Source of the DNA: an uncultured Methanomicrobiaceae archaeon
Lineage (GTDB): Archaea > Halobacteriota > Methanomicrobia > Methanomicrobiales > Methanoculleaceae
Reading direction: 5' to 3'
DNA: 64,000 nt
Assembly: GCA_963826525.1 (NCBI GenBank)
Contig: CAWGXH010000004.1
Span: 416,001 to 480,000, forward strand
Below are positions 47,498 to 58,454 of the stretch, in pieces (the first letter of the stretch is position 1; each line of letters starts with the position of its first letter). The notes below the pieces were generated by a model. It searched no databases, was not told where the DNA came from, and saw nothing but the letters and a program-made list of their open reading frames with translations. Both the position numbers and the translations under genes were made by a program.

Positions 47498-48001
47498 TCA
47501 CCCGAGCGCCGGCATGCCGTCCGCCCAGGTCTCGACCGTGGTGCGGATAGCGTCGTCCTGGTAGCTCGTGATCCGGACTGCGTCCCGGCTGAACGTGACG
47601 TAGTAGATCTCGCCGGACGGGTCGTGGCACTTGAGCTGGCACGAGTAGGTGTCGTGCTCGGCGTCGCGGACGGCCTCGCCGCCCATCGCGGTCGCAAGGG
47701 TGGCGTCGCCCATGATCTCGGTGGCGACGCTGCCGAACGCGGCGACCGTCGGTGCCCGTGCGGAGATTGCTCCGACCCGCTTGCCGTCGTCGTCCTCGAA
47801 GTTCACCTTCGCGGTGTAGGACTCACGGTTCAGCGTCACGCCGTCATACGTGACGCCGCCCTCGATGTAGTCCACGCACTCGAAGGGGTTGTCGGCCAGC
47901 ACGCTCGCGACGATGGTGTCGAAAGCGGTGATGTCGGCGATCGGGACGGAAAGTTCCCGGACCGCCGTCCTGGTGTTGCTCTTCTCGACAAAGTCTGCCA
48001 T
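47498..48001 (-). CDS. Hypothetical protein (acidic, 167 aa)
   Basis: MADFVEKSNTRTAVREL...KCHDPSGEIYYVTF...VETWAD, strong host codon bias, CAGGAG RBS. Confidence 0.75.
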   Translation of the reverse strand: MADFVEKSNTRTAVRELSVPIADITAFDTIVASVLADNPFECVDYIEGGVTYDGVTLNRESYTAKVNFEDDDGKRVGAISARAPTVAAFGSVATEIMGDATLATAMGGEAVRDAEHDTYSCQLKCHDPSGEIYYVTFSRDAVRITSYQDDAIRTTVETWADGMPALG

Positions 48002-48046
48002 TGGTTTTGCTCCTGCCTGTCGGGTCCCGGGATGACAGACAATCAT

Positions 48047-48073
48047 ACAGATATTACCTAAAGTAATATATGC
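48047..48073. repeat. Palindromic site A: ACAGATATTAC-CTAAA-GTAATATATGC
   Basis: 11-bp imperfect arms. The core TATTACCTnAAGTAAT recurs at 51108-51123. Confidence 0.7.
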
Positions 48074-48718
48074 CTGCCTTGACCGGCGGGAGCAACGGCG
48101 TCGCGACCTTCGGCCCGGCAGGGGCACGCCCCGAGACGTTAATGAATAGCGCGGGGCTCTTCATCGCCGACGATAACGCCGCGGACTCCGGCAGTTCCCT
48201 CGAGATCGCGGGCAGACCCGATCTCGTCGGCGAGTTCTTCCGCCTGATGCTCGACTACTCCGATATGGAGGGGCTCGACGCCGGCATTATGTCCACCCGC
48301 ACCGATGTCGCGTGGATCGTGAACGCGGCCGGAGCCGGACGAGGCCTACTCCTACGAAGAGACGGTGTACGACGTCAAGCGCCGCGAGGGCGACGGCGTG
48401 ATTGCTGCTGCAAACCACTTCGTCGACCCGGCGTGGCGGCTTGCCGTTCCCCCGGCGGAGCATTCGGCCTCCCGGTACGAGAATCTGCTGCACCTCGCCG
48501 AAGCGAGTAAGGGCTCGATCGACGGAGAGCGGATGGTCGCTATCCGCGATGTGCGGCTCGCCGAGGGGGGCGCGACCTTCCGGCACGACCCGCTCGAAGG
48601 CCTGCCGTACTCTTCGGATCACCAGGTGGTCTACGCCCCCGGGACGCAGACGCTCTGGATGAAGGTCGTCGACGAGGACTGGCAGCAAGTCGACCTCTCA
48701 TCGCTCTTCTCGGTCTGA
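48074..48718 (+). pseudogene. 5'-truncated C45-family (Ntn-hydrolase) acyltransferase fragment
   Basis: MNSAGLFI, AAANHF, SASRYENL, QVVYAP...LWMK. N-terminal part absent; coding frame starts abruptly at site A. Confidence 0.55.
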
Positions 48719-48860
48719 GCGGCGGCAATCACTCAACCTCTCTTTTCGAAAAAAGGATTCTTCTCCGGGTTTTAGTGCAGAACCTCGTATCCCGGCATCC
48801 CGAGGACATGGCGGGCGAGGTGACATCGCGTCGGCGAGCGATGTAACCGCACTGTTCCCG

Positions 48861-50949
48861 TCAACGTTCACAATGTCCCAATCCAGCAGATAGGCTCGCA
48901 TGGCCGCAAAAGTATCGGCCGGCGTAGAGCGCATCGTAGAGCGTGACCCGTCCATTCAGGTTCACATCCCCGTTCTTCACGACCGTAAGCGGGATGGAGA
49001 CCGAGATGTCGCTGACGCCGTCTGCACCGGTCACGTTCACCGGCAGAAGCACCGGCACGTAGGCGCCGTTCTCAAACGGCGAGGAAACGGTGCTCGAGAC
49101 GGTCGCCGTCCAGACGCCGTCGCCGGTGCCCGCCATCGCTGCGGCCGCCGGCCCTCCGATCGCGGAGAGATCGACCATGACGGATGCGATGCCGGCTCCG
49201 GTCGCCGTCACCGAGAGACAGGCAAAATCACCCACTCGCGGAGTGCCGTCGGTGTTCTGAACAATAACCGCAGGTTTTGCCGTCGGAGCGCTCACGACGA
49301 GGTCGGGCGGGACGAGCGTGAAGGTGGTCGTCCGGTCGGTCCCAAGTTCCGGATACCCGATCGTGACGGAATACTCACCTTCCGCAAAACCGGTCGTATT
49401 GATATCGGAAGCGACCAGGTGACTATACGGCTCTCCCGCTCAGGTTTTACAACGGCCTGCTCCGCGGAAGAGCGACGTGGAGGACGCATCCGTCACGTTC
49501 ACCGACACTCCTCGCCGGCGGCGAGGTTCGTGGTGCCGGTGATGGTGAAGGTGCTGCCGACGGTCTTGTCGCCGATGGCGTCGATCCCGATCCAGGGCGC
49601 TTCTTCCTTCATGACGAAGTGCCAGCCTGGGCATAGGTGTAGTCGGTGTTGGACGCTTTGAGAGCGCTCGCAAGAGCGTCTGCGGCATCCCGCGGGCTGC
49701 ACGCCGTAACCGAGATCGATCTCGCTCCCTGCAGCGTCCCGGATCCAGGTCTCGTTGATGGGAATGACGTCCTGCAGCCCGTCCCCGCCGGGATGCTGAA
49801 CCACGATAAAGCACTGCTCCGGTGAGCCATGCTTCAGCGTCTCACTACTGCCGCGAGCGCGTACGCGATAGGATCCGTCATACCGTACAGACATTAGCCG
49901 GCCTTGCCGAGAATCCGGCAGAGCCCTCAGCTGAAGAACCAGACGCGAGATGTTCTCCGGATAGACGGATATGCATATCCGGAGATTGTCAGGCTGTCAC
50001 CCCTGGCGATAGACGCTCGGGCTCGCGGTTGCAGAAACGTGTGCGAACTCTTCATGACGACGATGGTGGTCGCGTACATACGCAGCATCGGAGAGGTGAG
50101 CCTTATCCCGCGGGGCGGAGACGGCGTAGATGGATATAGGCGCCCTGGTAGCGAGGCCTTTACCTACGCCCGGAGGTGTTCCAGCCTGTACTTCGCAGGT
50201 ATCGTCGGTTTCGACGTCGACCTGGGTGAAGGTACTGCCCTCGCCCGTCGACAACGGCCATCGCGACGTCATCGAGCCTGGCACCGTTGGCCGGGAGGTT
50301 CGGGCCGGTCAGGAAGAGGTAGGTGGTCGCGTTGTCGGTATTGTCGCCACAGAGTATGATCTCTTCGCCGACGTAGTAGACACCGGTTCCGGATGCGGTC
50401 AGATAACATCGTCCCCATCGTCAACCTGCCACCGCGACCGTGTCGGATAGAGAGGAGATTGAGGGGGTCAACGACGCCGAAGGTGAAACTCTGTGCCCTG
50501 GTGAAGGGAGTGGTGTTGAATTGAATCCAACGATTACCGTATCCGTCGACGGCCACATGCGCCTTGGTGTGAGTGAAGTTTGCAGCCTCACCGACCGGAA
50601 CGCTGGTGCCCGGGGCGACGTAGGGTTGCCCGGGTGCAATCAGGGGATACTGATCCACGCTCGGGAGGCCTTCGTCCTTGACATAGAGGTAGTACAGCTT
50701 TCCGGGCTCACCGGTGATGTGCGCGTAGAAGGTGTTGCCGTGGACGACACTCGTGACGGACGTAATCGTGGGAGCAGTGGCGGTAACCTCGCTCCCGGCG
50801 GCGGCCGAGGAGTTCATCGCAACGGTCTCGCCGCTCCCGATGCTGTCCGGAGAGGCCGTTTCCGCGAGTGCCGGTTCCCCTCCTGCGGTGGCGAGGCAGA
50901 GCAGGCATATGGTCAGCGTGCGGAGGAGGATACGGCGCCGGGTTGTCAT
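48861..50949 (-). pseudogene. S-layer/DUF3821-like surface protein with dockerin-like C-terminus, many frameshifts
   Basis: Signal peptide MTTRRRILL...; fragments YLFLTGPNLPANG, YAVSAP, VVQHPG, WIGIDAIGDKTVGSTFTITGTTNL, GDVNLNGRVTLYDALY in shifting frames. Confidence 0.65.
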
Positions 50950-51102
50950 AGGGAAGGGTATCTGTACTCACCTCTAAAAGAGTTTTCCGGGATTTCATTC
51001 GTTAAAACCAGGCCTCTGAAGATATAACCATGAAATAGGGAACTGATTTCGGTTTAAGGGCATTTCCAGGGTTGAAAAAGTTCACTCCGTCCACTGTCCC
51101 GC

Positions 51103-51129
51103 ATAATTATTACCTCAAGTAATTATTAT
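51103..51129. repeat. Palindromic site B: ATAATTATTAC-CTCAA-GTAATTATTAT
   Basis: 10/11 arm symmetry; core 15/16 identical to site A in direct orientation. Confidence 0.7.
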
Positions 51130-51170
51130 CCTCCGGCAGCACCTATCCTCTCCGACGGAGGAATGCGAAT

Positions 51171-51420
51171 ACGCCTGAGGAGAAGACCACCCGGGAGCTG
51201 ATTTATGAAACAAGCCGCGACGTCAAGTGGATCTGCCGGACGCTGCAGCGGATGGAGGAGCAGGCCGGCGACCACGAAGACCGCCTGCGAAACCTCGAGG
51301 GCTGGCGGCAGCGGAAGACCGGCGAGGAGCAGCGGGTCTTGCCGGATCAGCGCCGGTGCCGGCGGCCTCGTCGGCGGGGTCGTGGCGGTGCTGGTGCGGC
51401 TGCTCGGCGGGTGGTGGTAG
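51171..51420 (+). CDS. Small coiled-coil + C-terminal TM protein (XhlA/holin-like architecture), frameshifted near 51339, apparent ACG start
   Basis: Repaired frame PEEKTTRELIYETSRDVKWICRTLQRMEE...HEDRLRNLEGW...AGAGGLVGGVVAVLVRLLGGWW; GGAGGA RBS at 51157. Confidence 0.55.
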
Positions 51421-51458
51421 GCGACCCACAGGTTCATGCTGCTACGATTCGATGTAGC

Positions 51459-51909
51459 ATGATGAATCTCTCTCCGATACACCTTTTTGCCGCTCTCGCA
51501 ATCCTCGCCGGGGTCTGCATCTCTGGCTGCACGGGTCAGGAGACCGTGATCTCCGGCGAGGAGCGGACGGCGGTGCTTGCGTATGCCGACCCGATCGCCG
51601 ACAACCTCCTGCAGGGGTTCAACGAGGGCAACTACACGATGTACTCCCGGGATTTCAGCGCGGAGATGAAGGGAAGCCTGGACGAGGCCGCCTTCGTGCA
51701 GAACCGCGAGCTCGTCACATCCAGGATCGGGCTCTACGAGTCCAGGGGAGACCCTGTCGTGACGGAGGACGGCGAATATATCGCCGTCAACTACCCGGCG
51801 ACGTTCGAGCGGGAGGACGGGGTGAACGTCCGGCTCGTCTTCCGGAAGGGCGATCGATTCGCACCAGCTCTACGGGCTCTGGTTCAACTCCCCGATGCTC
51901 CGGAGCTGA
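51459..51909 (+). CDS. DUF3887-like lipoprotein, frameshifted near 51855
   Basis: Lipobox ISGC, FSAEMK, Y.A.FE, GLWFNSP after repair. Confidence 0.7.
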
Positions 51910-52011
51910 AAGACCCCCGGCGGTGCGACTTCCCGGCACCGTTCTCCGGCTCCTGCTTTTCTGCAGATCCCGGAACGATCGGTGATGCGAGAGGAGCCAC
52001 AACCTCCCGCT

Positions 52012-52408
52012 TCACCACGCCTGCCCGCACTGCAGGCAGCGGTCCCGATGAACGCAGAGGATAACTCCGCAATGCTGGGCAGGTCCAGCGGCTATTCTCC
52101 TGTTCGATGAATTCGCCGATCCCCCGCTCCTGTATTGCGTGCAGGTTATCGAGCATGCTCATCCGGTATTTCGTGTAGCGCTTGTCCAGCTGTTTCAGCC
52201 GTGCGCAGGGATACCCGGCGCAGTCGTAGCAGTACTCCCCCGTCCGGTCGGGGCAGTTCCGGATCCTGCACCTGGCACAGTGCGGGTGCAGTCTGCCGGC
52301 ATCCTCCGCCCGGCAGCCCGGACATCTGTTCTTCTCCCGCAGGTAGGCGAGGCAGAGCCCGCAGTTCATACCGCAGGGAGCGATCAAGGCGGGGGAGAGG
52401 TGGTTCAT
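52012..52408 (-). CDS. DUF3795-like Cys-rich protein, frameshifted near 52072
   Basis: IAPCGMNCGLC, CPGC, CYDC..YPC, SMLDNL, WTCPACG...CLQCG. Confidence 0.75.
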
Positions 52409-52885
52409 CAGTCATCTCGTATGATCGTCGTACGGCAAGAACACTCTCCTTCCGGTGCCGGGCCCGCACCGGGGGGCGGGGCGGTCTGGTTGGGAGTCAG
52501 CCGCCAAATACTAATTTAGTAGATATTAGTAGTTCGTTAGTAGTTCGATCCGGCGGTAGTCCGGTACGTGATCTTCGGTACTCTCTTCTTCATCCGGGAG
52601 TCCGGTATCCCGCGTGGCAATCAGTGTCACGGATTCATCTAATCCGTTCCGGCTCCACTCCCGGGTGAGCCATGTATAGTACCCTCGCAGACAGTCGCCT
52701 GCGCCATGCGTACTGTCCGATGGTAAGCACTAGATTCACAGTTCGTGAACAAGAAGACTCATACCGCGCTCCCTGAGTTGTTCGAGTCGAAGCGAGGAAA
52801 CAATACCGGGACGACCTCACCTGGCCACCCCCTCACCGATACCCTGATAGGACGCCCGCACCCACACACTTCAGGAAGTGCCGGG

Positions 52886-53641
52886 ATGGATCTTGCGACG
52901 TTCTTCAGGGATGAGGGAGTTGACGTATTCGCCTGGGTCGGCATCGACGACCTCCCCGACGCGGACGGGCATCGGTGCTGCAGTTTCTCCCGGCCGCCCG
53001 ATCCGTGATCGTCTTTTTAAAGGAAGTCCCGGTCCCGGTCTACCGGATGCCGCAGAAAGAGAAGACCCGGGAGATGCTCCGGATTGCGGAGAGCCTCGAC
53101 AGCACCGCCGTACGGCTCGCCGGCCGCCTGGACGCGGAGCATATCCCGGCCCGCCCCGTTCCGCTCTACCTGCCCGTACGGATGGTCGACGGAAGGGTGC
53201 AGGGGGTCGTCCGGCTGAAGCAGATTGCAGCGGCCGGGGGGCTCGGGGAGATCGGAAAGAATACCGTTCTCCTCACGTCCCGTTTCGGCCCTCGGGTGCT
53301 GCTGAGCGGCGTCGTGACCGCAGAACCGGTTCGGGAATCAGAAAGAGGTGACGGGGCAAGAAATAGCGCTGCACCGCTCTGCACGGGATGCGGCAGCCTG
53401 CATCCGGGCATGCCCGAACGCAGCAATAGGGCCGGAGGGCGTCGATGCGTTCCGGTGCCGGACCGTCCGTGCCTGGGTGCCGCCCCCGCTCGTCCCGGTC
53501 GTGAAGTGGCTGCTCCGGCGGCAGTTGCTGGTCGGAAGCCTCGCCCCGCTTGCGCCGTCGATCGCCAGGACGGCAACGATCCGGTGCAGCCTCTGCGTCA
53601 CCGAATGCCCGTGGTTTGCGGGAGACGAGGGGACGGGATAA
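52886..53641 (+). CDS. Epoxyqueuosine reductase-like 4Fe-4S protein, frameshifted near 52967 and 53398
   Basis: LK..A..GGLG.IGKN....FGPRV.LSGVVT, CTGCGSCIRACP, CSLCVTECP. Confidence 0.7.
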
Positions 53642-53642
53642 G

Positions 53643-56427
53643 TCACCGCACCCCCGCCTCCCGGTTCCACTCCCGCACGAGCCGTGCGTAGCACCCCTGG
53701 CAGATACTCGCCCGCGCCTCGCGTGAGTGGTAAACGGCCTTCCCCGCATCGCAGACCGTGCACCGCCCGAGGTCCACCCGCACCCGCTCGAACGTCCGGT
53801 GATCGAGCAGCCCGGGCAGAGGTGCGATCTTTCCTTTCCGCTGTACAACGTGCTGCACGGTTGCAGCAGAGTTGCAGCATTCGCCGCAATCATTCTGAGG
53901 AGGATTGGCGTTCGGTTTCACCATCAGCCGCACGGATGGCTCTCGAGGAAGTTCGGTTGCAGCATTCGGCGGATCACAGGCACAGACAGTAGTGGAGGCA
54001 CCCGCATATCCCATGCTGTGTGCTATCTCATTCTGCTGTACATCTGTACATGTGTGTGTATGATCTCCCTTTTCTGCACACTGGTTTCCCCGTTTCTCCC
54101 CCGTTCCGGCCTTCCCTTTCTTTGCAGCAGGTGCTTGAAATCTGCTGCAAACCTGCTGCAATGCTGCAATTATCGTCATCATCGCCATCAAGCCACACTC
54201 CCGCAGCCGATGACCAGAGCCGGTAGATCTCGATATCGAAGGAATAGTGCTGCTCACGGCGCCTGACCGTGGAGCCGCAGCCGTCCTCGGTCACCGTTGC
54301 TTCCGTAAACCCGATAGCCGGGCACTTCTCCAGCAGCCCCGAGTAGGTAGTCCCCCGGCTGGTGTAGCCGTGAAGGATACGCCAGGTCTGGTGATAGGAG
54401 AGGCCCATCGCCTGTTGCAGCATCCTGGTCGTGAACATCTCCACTCCCATCGCCTCCACCGTCTTCAGGGCAGCTGCCTCGTTCTGAGTGAGTTTGGTTT
54501 CCTGCCCGCCAGCCTCGCCGTTGATGGCGGTGTAGACCCTCACCGCCGCTCTGAAATCCTCCCTCGTAGCCAGGATGCCCGTGCTCCCCTCAGCACCCAC
54601 GAACCGCTTCCGCTGCATCATGTTGAGCAGAGCGCGAGCCTTGATGAGATCGAAGAGGATGGCCGGGTTGCGGCGGTTCGCGGAGCTCGAGAACTGGATC
54701 CTGTCCGCGAAAGGGATGGCGACGTGCACCCGCTCCTGCTTGAGCACCTCCCAGATCGCCCGGCAGACCTGCACGTCCACCGTATCGACCGTGCCCGGCA
54801 CCTGCATCTCCTGCTGCTTGAGGTGGGCCAGCACCCGCTCATCCTGCTCTTTCGAGTCATCGATCCAGACGGTGAGCATTCGGTTCATCACCTGGTCGTC
54901 GCCGACGCTCTCTACCTTCGCGAGCCACCAGACGCACCGTTCCGGGATGGTGCAGACGCGGAGCTGCCGGTCGGTGGTCACGGTCTGGTGCTCTATCCGT
55001 TCGCGGAAGTTCGCCGTGGCCGCCTTCAGGAGTTCCTGCAGGTCGTCCGAAAGCGAGACATCGTCGAAGAGGAAGACCGTGCCCGGTTGCAGTCGATTGT
55101 TGTAGTAGAGCGCCTTGTCACTCACCGTGCCGGCGAGGCGGTACTGCTCCGGTACCTGTTTGAGCATCGTCGCACAGGCGTGACTCTTGCCCTTCCCGGA
55201 GTTCCCGGAGATCGCGACGTGCAGGCCTTTCGTGTTCGCCACCGACTGCGAAGCGACCGACATCGCCAGGCACTCCGCGACGTTCCGGTCGCCAACGTGC
55301 TCTTTACTGAAGGTGTCGAGCAGGAACGCCAGTGGGTCGCCGCCTTTCAGGATGGCGAGCGCTCTTTCCCGGCACTCGTCCTGTTCCGGAGTAGGGGGAG
55401 CGGCGGGTGGCTCCTCCTTCCGCTTCGGCTCCCGTTTCTCCCGCTGCCCGTATCGCGCCCGGAGCTCCGGCCAGCGCTGCGTGCCGCCGCCGCAGCTCGT
55501 GTGGTGGCAGCCGGCGAAGATGGCGCCGCTCGCGAACTGGATGGCGAACGCTCCGTCCTTATGGGCGGGGGAGAACGGGCAGTCCTCGAGGGCGTAGAGC
55601 GTCCCGCCCCGGTAGGGTTTCGCCGACCGGACGGCGATCCTGTGATCGAGCGAGCCAGACGGCGAGGTCGATCCCCCCGCCCTTCTTCGGCGCCGGCGGC
55701 TCGTCCTGCGGGAGCAGCCCGGCGAGGTGGGCGAGTTGCTCCACCGGAACAACGCGCGATCTCGTCAGGAACCGCGAGGAGCCTCGCCCGCCGGTGCGGC
55801 CGCTCCGGGGTGTTGTCGCCCTTCCGCGAGACCGTGCCGTAGAGTTTCCAGATCCGGGCGGCGTTGTAGTTCGCGGTATCGACGGTGACCTGCTCGTTCG
55901 AGAAGAGGGCGTCGAGGGTCGCGAGGCAGTTCTTGACCAGAACGGTCGCCGCCTCGTCGTTCGGAAGATCGATCCGGTAGAGGAGGTGCGCCCCGTTCCC
56001 CGAGTCGGCCTTGACCGGCGTCTGGGAACCCCTGCTCGCCGAGCCAGGCGGCGATCCGCTCGGCGGTGGTAAGAGCAAGATCGTGCTCGTCGTCCGTGGA
56101 CGAGACCCCGCTCGGCCGCACCGGGTCGATATCGACCGGCAGCCACCGCCGTCGGAGGATATCGGCGTCGGCCGTCGTCGCGTCCTTCTTACCGAGGCGC
56201 ATCTTGATCCGGTTCGCCCGCCGGGCGAGGAGCGCCGGGTTGACGGGATTGAGGGTGACGTAGATCCCGCCGACCGACGGATCGGCGTCGAGCACCGCTG
56301 CCCGTTCGGCGAGTTCCGTGCGGTCGTCGAAGTAGCCGGAGTGGACGGCACTCTCGGCGAGCGCCCGCACCTCGATGACGCCCTCCGGGGCGATTACCTC
56401 CGCCGCACGACGGATCGCGTCGCTCAC
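53643..56427 (-). CDS. Large primase-helicase-like replication protein (AEP-like primase + Zn finger + P-loop ATPase + C-terminal Zn finger), multiple frameshifts
   Basis: WLPVDIDP (DxD), DSGNGAHLLY, VDTANYNAARIWKLYG; CPF..H...CHH..C; SGNSGKGKS Walker A, FLFDD Walker B; CTVC...CQGC. Confidence 0.7.
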
Positions 56428-56762
56428 GCCGTCACCCCCGGGATGAGGGGGAAGAGGGGAGCGCTCGCCGCCTCCCCCCGGGCGACCCGCTGGAAGCTGA
56501 CGAGCGGGATGATGAACGACCCGGCACGGGTGTGGAGCACCACGGCCTTGCCGGTGCAGTTTACCGTCGCGTGCCCCTCGATCGTCGTCCGGCCCATCGG
56601 CGTGCCGCCGCCCGGGATGACGCGGTCCTGCACGACCGGCACGACCCTGCCCGAGAAGAGCAGGTGTTTGACGTCTTCGGCATCGATCCGGTAGTGCTCG
56701 GCATCCACCGCGATGTGGAGCGTGCCGCCGCTGCCGTAGGCGAGTGTCCCCGGCTCAGGCAT
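56424..56762 (-). CDS. Hypothetical protein coupled to the primase gene
   Basis: 112-aa ORF with host codon bias, GGAGG RBS, stop overlapping the next start. Confidence 0.7.
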   Translation of the reverse strand: MPEPGTLAYGSGGTLHIAVDAEHYRIDAEDVKHLLFSGRVVPVVQDRVIPGGGTPMGRTTIEGHATVNCTGKAVVLHTRAGSFIIPLVSFQRVARGEAASAPLFPLIPGVTA

Positions 56763-57084
56763 GGGTATCCTCTCCGGCCACGGTGGTGATCGCGTAGCAG
56801 TGCCCGGCCGTGCAGGTGACGTGGATCTCGCGGAGTGCCCGCTTGTGCCGGGCGACCTCGGCCGCGACCACCTGGGCGATCAGGTAGAGCGGAACCGCTC
56901 GCGGTGGGCGGGCTGCCGCAGCGTTTATCCCCTCCGGTGCGGAAGTTCTTCCGGCAGTCCCGTGTGAATCGATGTTGGTGCACGCTTCATCATGTGGGCT
57001 GCCGCCCAGAACAGATCTCTCCTCCTCTCCCGGGTCGACCGGGACGCGACCGTCTCGTAAGGTGCTTTTCGGTTTCGGTTTCAT
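56755..57084 (-). CDS. Hypothetical protein
   Basis: C-terminal half LYLIAQVVAAEVARH...EIHVTC looks protein-like; overlaps the downstream gene; start uncertain. Confidence 0.45.
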   Translation of the reverse strand: MKPKPKSTLRDGRVPVDPGEEERSVLGGSPHDEACTNIDSHGTAGRTSAPEGINAAAARPPRAVPLYLIAQVVAAEVARHKRALREIHVTCTAGHCYAITTVAGEDTHA

Positions 57085-57298
57085 ACAGAACCTCTCTACT
57101 GTTCTTCGCGATGCCCCGGTGCTCACTATCAGTGATACGTCGCGGCATCGCTTGAATCAGCATAGGGGGGCACGAGTAAAAAGAATGCGTCCGAAGGGTT
57201 GAATCTGAAAACAGAGAGTATATGAACGTTACTTAACCGCGAGACGATAAAATGGCAGGAGGGGAGGGGAATCGGCGATTGCCTCCCGAACAGGGAGA

Positions 57299-58454
57299 TT
57301 ATGCATGTTTGGTCTCTCCCGGCAGGCTGCAGGCGGCGAGCACCTCGTCCGGGTCATAGCGGAGCACGATCTCCCGCGTCCTTCCGCGATCGGTGCGGAG
57401 CAGCAGGTCGACGACCCCCGCCTCCTCGAGCCGTCGGAGCCGCGTGTGGTAGGTCGTTTTCCCGATAGGGAGATACTCTTGCGCCGCTTCATAAACCGCA
57501 CCCGCAGTCATATCCAGATCGGTGTCCCGTGCCAGTTCGGCGATCCGGGAGAGCAGGACACGCTCGCCCTCGCTGAGATTCGCGGCCTGAATCTGCAGGG
57601 CCGGCGCGATGATTACCCGGAAAGCGTCCATCACGTCCTTCCGGGTAACGGTCGAGCGGCCGGCATTCTCCGCACGCCTGGCCGCTATCCGGACGAGTTC
57701 TATCCCGACCCGGATATCCTGCTCCCGTGCGGCGACATCCGTGACGAGGTCGAGAGTAGATCTGGAGACCACGTTCGGGTAGAGACCCTGCCGGATCCGC
57801 TCGGTGAGGATCTGCCGGATCTCCGTCTTCGTGTACGGCTGGAAGAAGACCTCAGGTCGGGTGGAAGACCGACCGGACGCGCACGTCCACCACGGCGGCG
57901 AGGTGCAGGGCGAGATCGCTCGATACCGCGAAGACGCCGGGCTTGCGAACGTCCCAGGTCTCGTAGAGCCGAAGGAGCCGGTAGAGGAGGTCGTTCAGCC
58001 GCCGTGATTCGTGAAGGTAGTTAGCGTCGTCCAGACAGACGAGGAGTGCGGCGTCCCGGCTCTGGAGCCGTTTGGCGGCCGTCTGCACGATCTCGTCGAG
58101 GTGCCGGCCGGCAGGCGGCGGAGCGTAGCCGACGAGTTTTTCGAAGATGCACGAAAAGACGGAGAACTCCGTCCGGTGCTGCTGGCAGTTGACGTAAACA
58201 GGCACTATCTGTTCCGTCTCCTCCTCGATCTCCGCGAAGAACCGCCGGACGGTGGTAGTCTTGCCGGTGCCGGGCGGGCCGCGGAGGACGGCGCTCTCCG
58301 GGCTGCCGCCGCGGAGAACCGGCCGGACGAGGAAGGCAAGCTCGCGGAGCTGGTCGTCGCGGTGGTTGAGCTGGTCGGGGACAAAAGTGAACTCGAAGAC
58401 CTCGCGGTCCCGGAAGAGCGTCTGGTCGTAGCGCAGGGTTTCTTTCTGCCTCAT
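57299..58454 (-). CDS. Orc1/Cdc6 family replication initiator paralog, frameshifted near 57854
   Basis: FTFVPDQLNHRD.QL, GPPGTGKTT, YVNC, VCLDD, F.PY...EI..IL.ER, DIRVGI, C-terminal winged helix. Confidence 0.9.

Noticed and set aside
52886-53641. True queG / queuosine pathway
   Set aside because: Short QueG-like Fe-S proteins are common in methanogens and no other que genes are nearby.
54247-55842. 531-aa plus-strand ORF and other long antisense ORFs (e.g. 6899..8071, 17845..19020, 29179..30324)
   Set aside because: Antisense shadows of GC-rich genes, with no motifs.
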